DNA of 32,268 bases from Malacoraja senta (taxonomy: Eukaryota). Position 1 is the stretch's first letter; each line of letters starts with the position of its first letter. The translations under genes were made by a program, and so were the position numbers. The stretch covers positions 124,001 to 156,268 of the forward strand of contig JAXLNO010000167.1 of the NCBI GenBank assembly GCA_038087875.1. The letters run 5' to 3'. This document shows positions 32,141 through 32,268 of this stretch, one piece after another. Under the pieces are notes generated by a model. It searched no databases, was not told where the DNA came from, and saw only the letters and a list, made by a program, of their open reading frames with translations.

Positions 32141-32268
32141 GAGAGAGAGAGAGAGAGACAGAGACTGAGAGAAAGTGAGAGGTCAGTGAGGGTGAGACAG
32201 AGACAGAGACAGAGACTGAGAGAGAGAGAGGTCAGTGAGGGGGAGAGAGAGACGGAAACTTAGAGAGA
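32140..32268. repeat. GA-rich simple repeat
   Basis: (GA)n with GACA and GGTCAGTGAG interruptions. Confidence 0.9.

Overview
Eukaryotic, repeat-dense DNA, most likely from a cartilaginous fish (skate or ray), judging by HE1-type V-SINEs, HER1/CR1 LINEs and Penelope-type 3' ends. No intact host gene is present. Bases 1-20400 are a head-to-tail array of intron-containing TADA1 fragments on the minus strand. One unit has exons 2-5, the next has exons 2-3, and a third starts at the left edge. Each unit opens with a Gypsy remnant containing a 413-bp LTR. The two comparable units are about 97% identical by eye and each shows the empty site for the other's insertion. One carries a full-length DIRS tyrosine-recombinase retrotransposon (985-5776) with ITRs, ICR and an AAT crossover. 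The other carries a Vingi/Ingi-like LINE (9-bp TSD) with a young CR1 nested in it. The array is fused at about 20400 to tandem repeats that end in a Helitron-type 3' terminus (hairpin + CTAG|T, 21306), which suggests Helitron capture. To the right are a palindrome with back-to-back hammerhead cores, two disabled Siglec/CD22-like Ig exons, a decayed Gypsy pol, one degenerate RAB35 exon, and nested CR1, L2 and Rex1 LINEs. All assignments come from reading the sequence and recalling family motifs; no searches were run.
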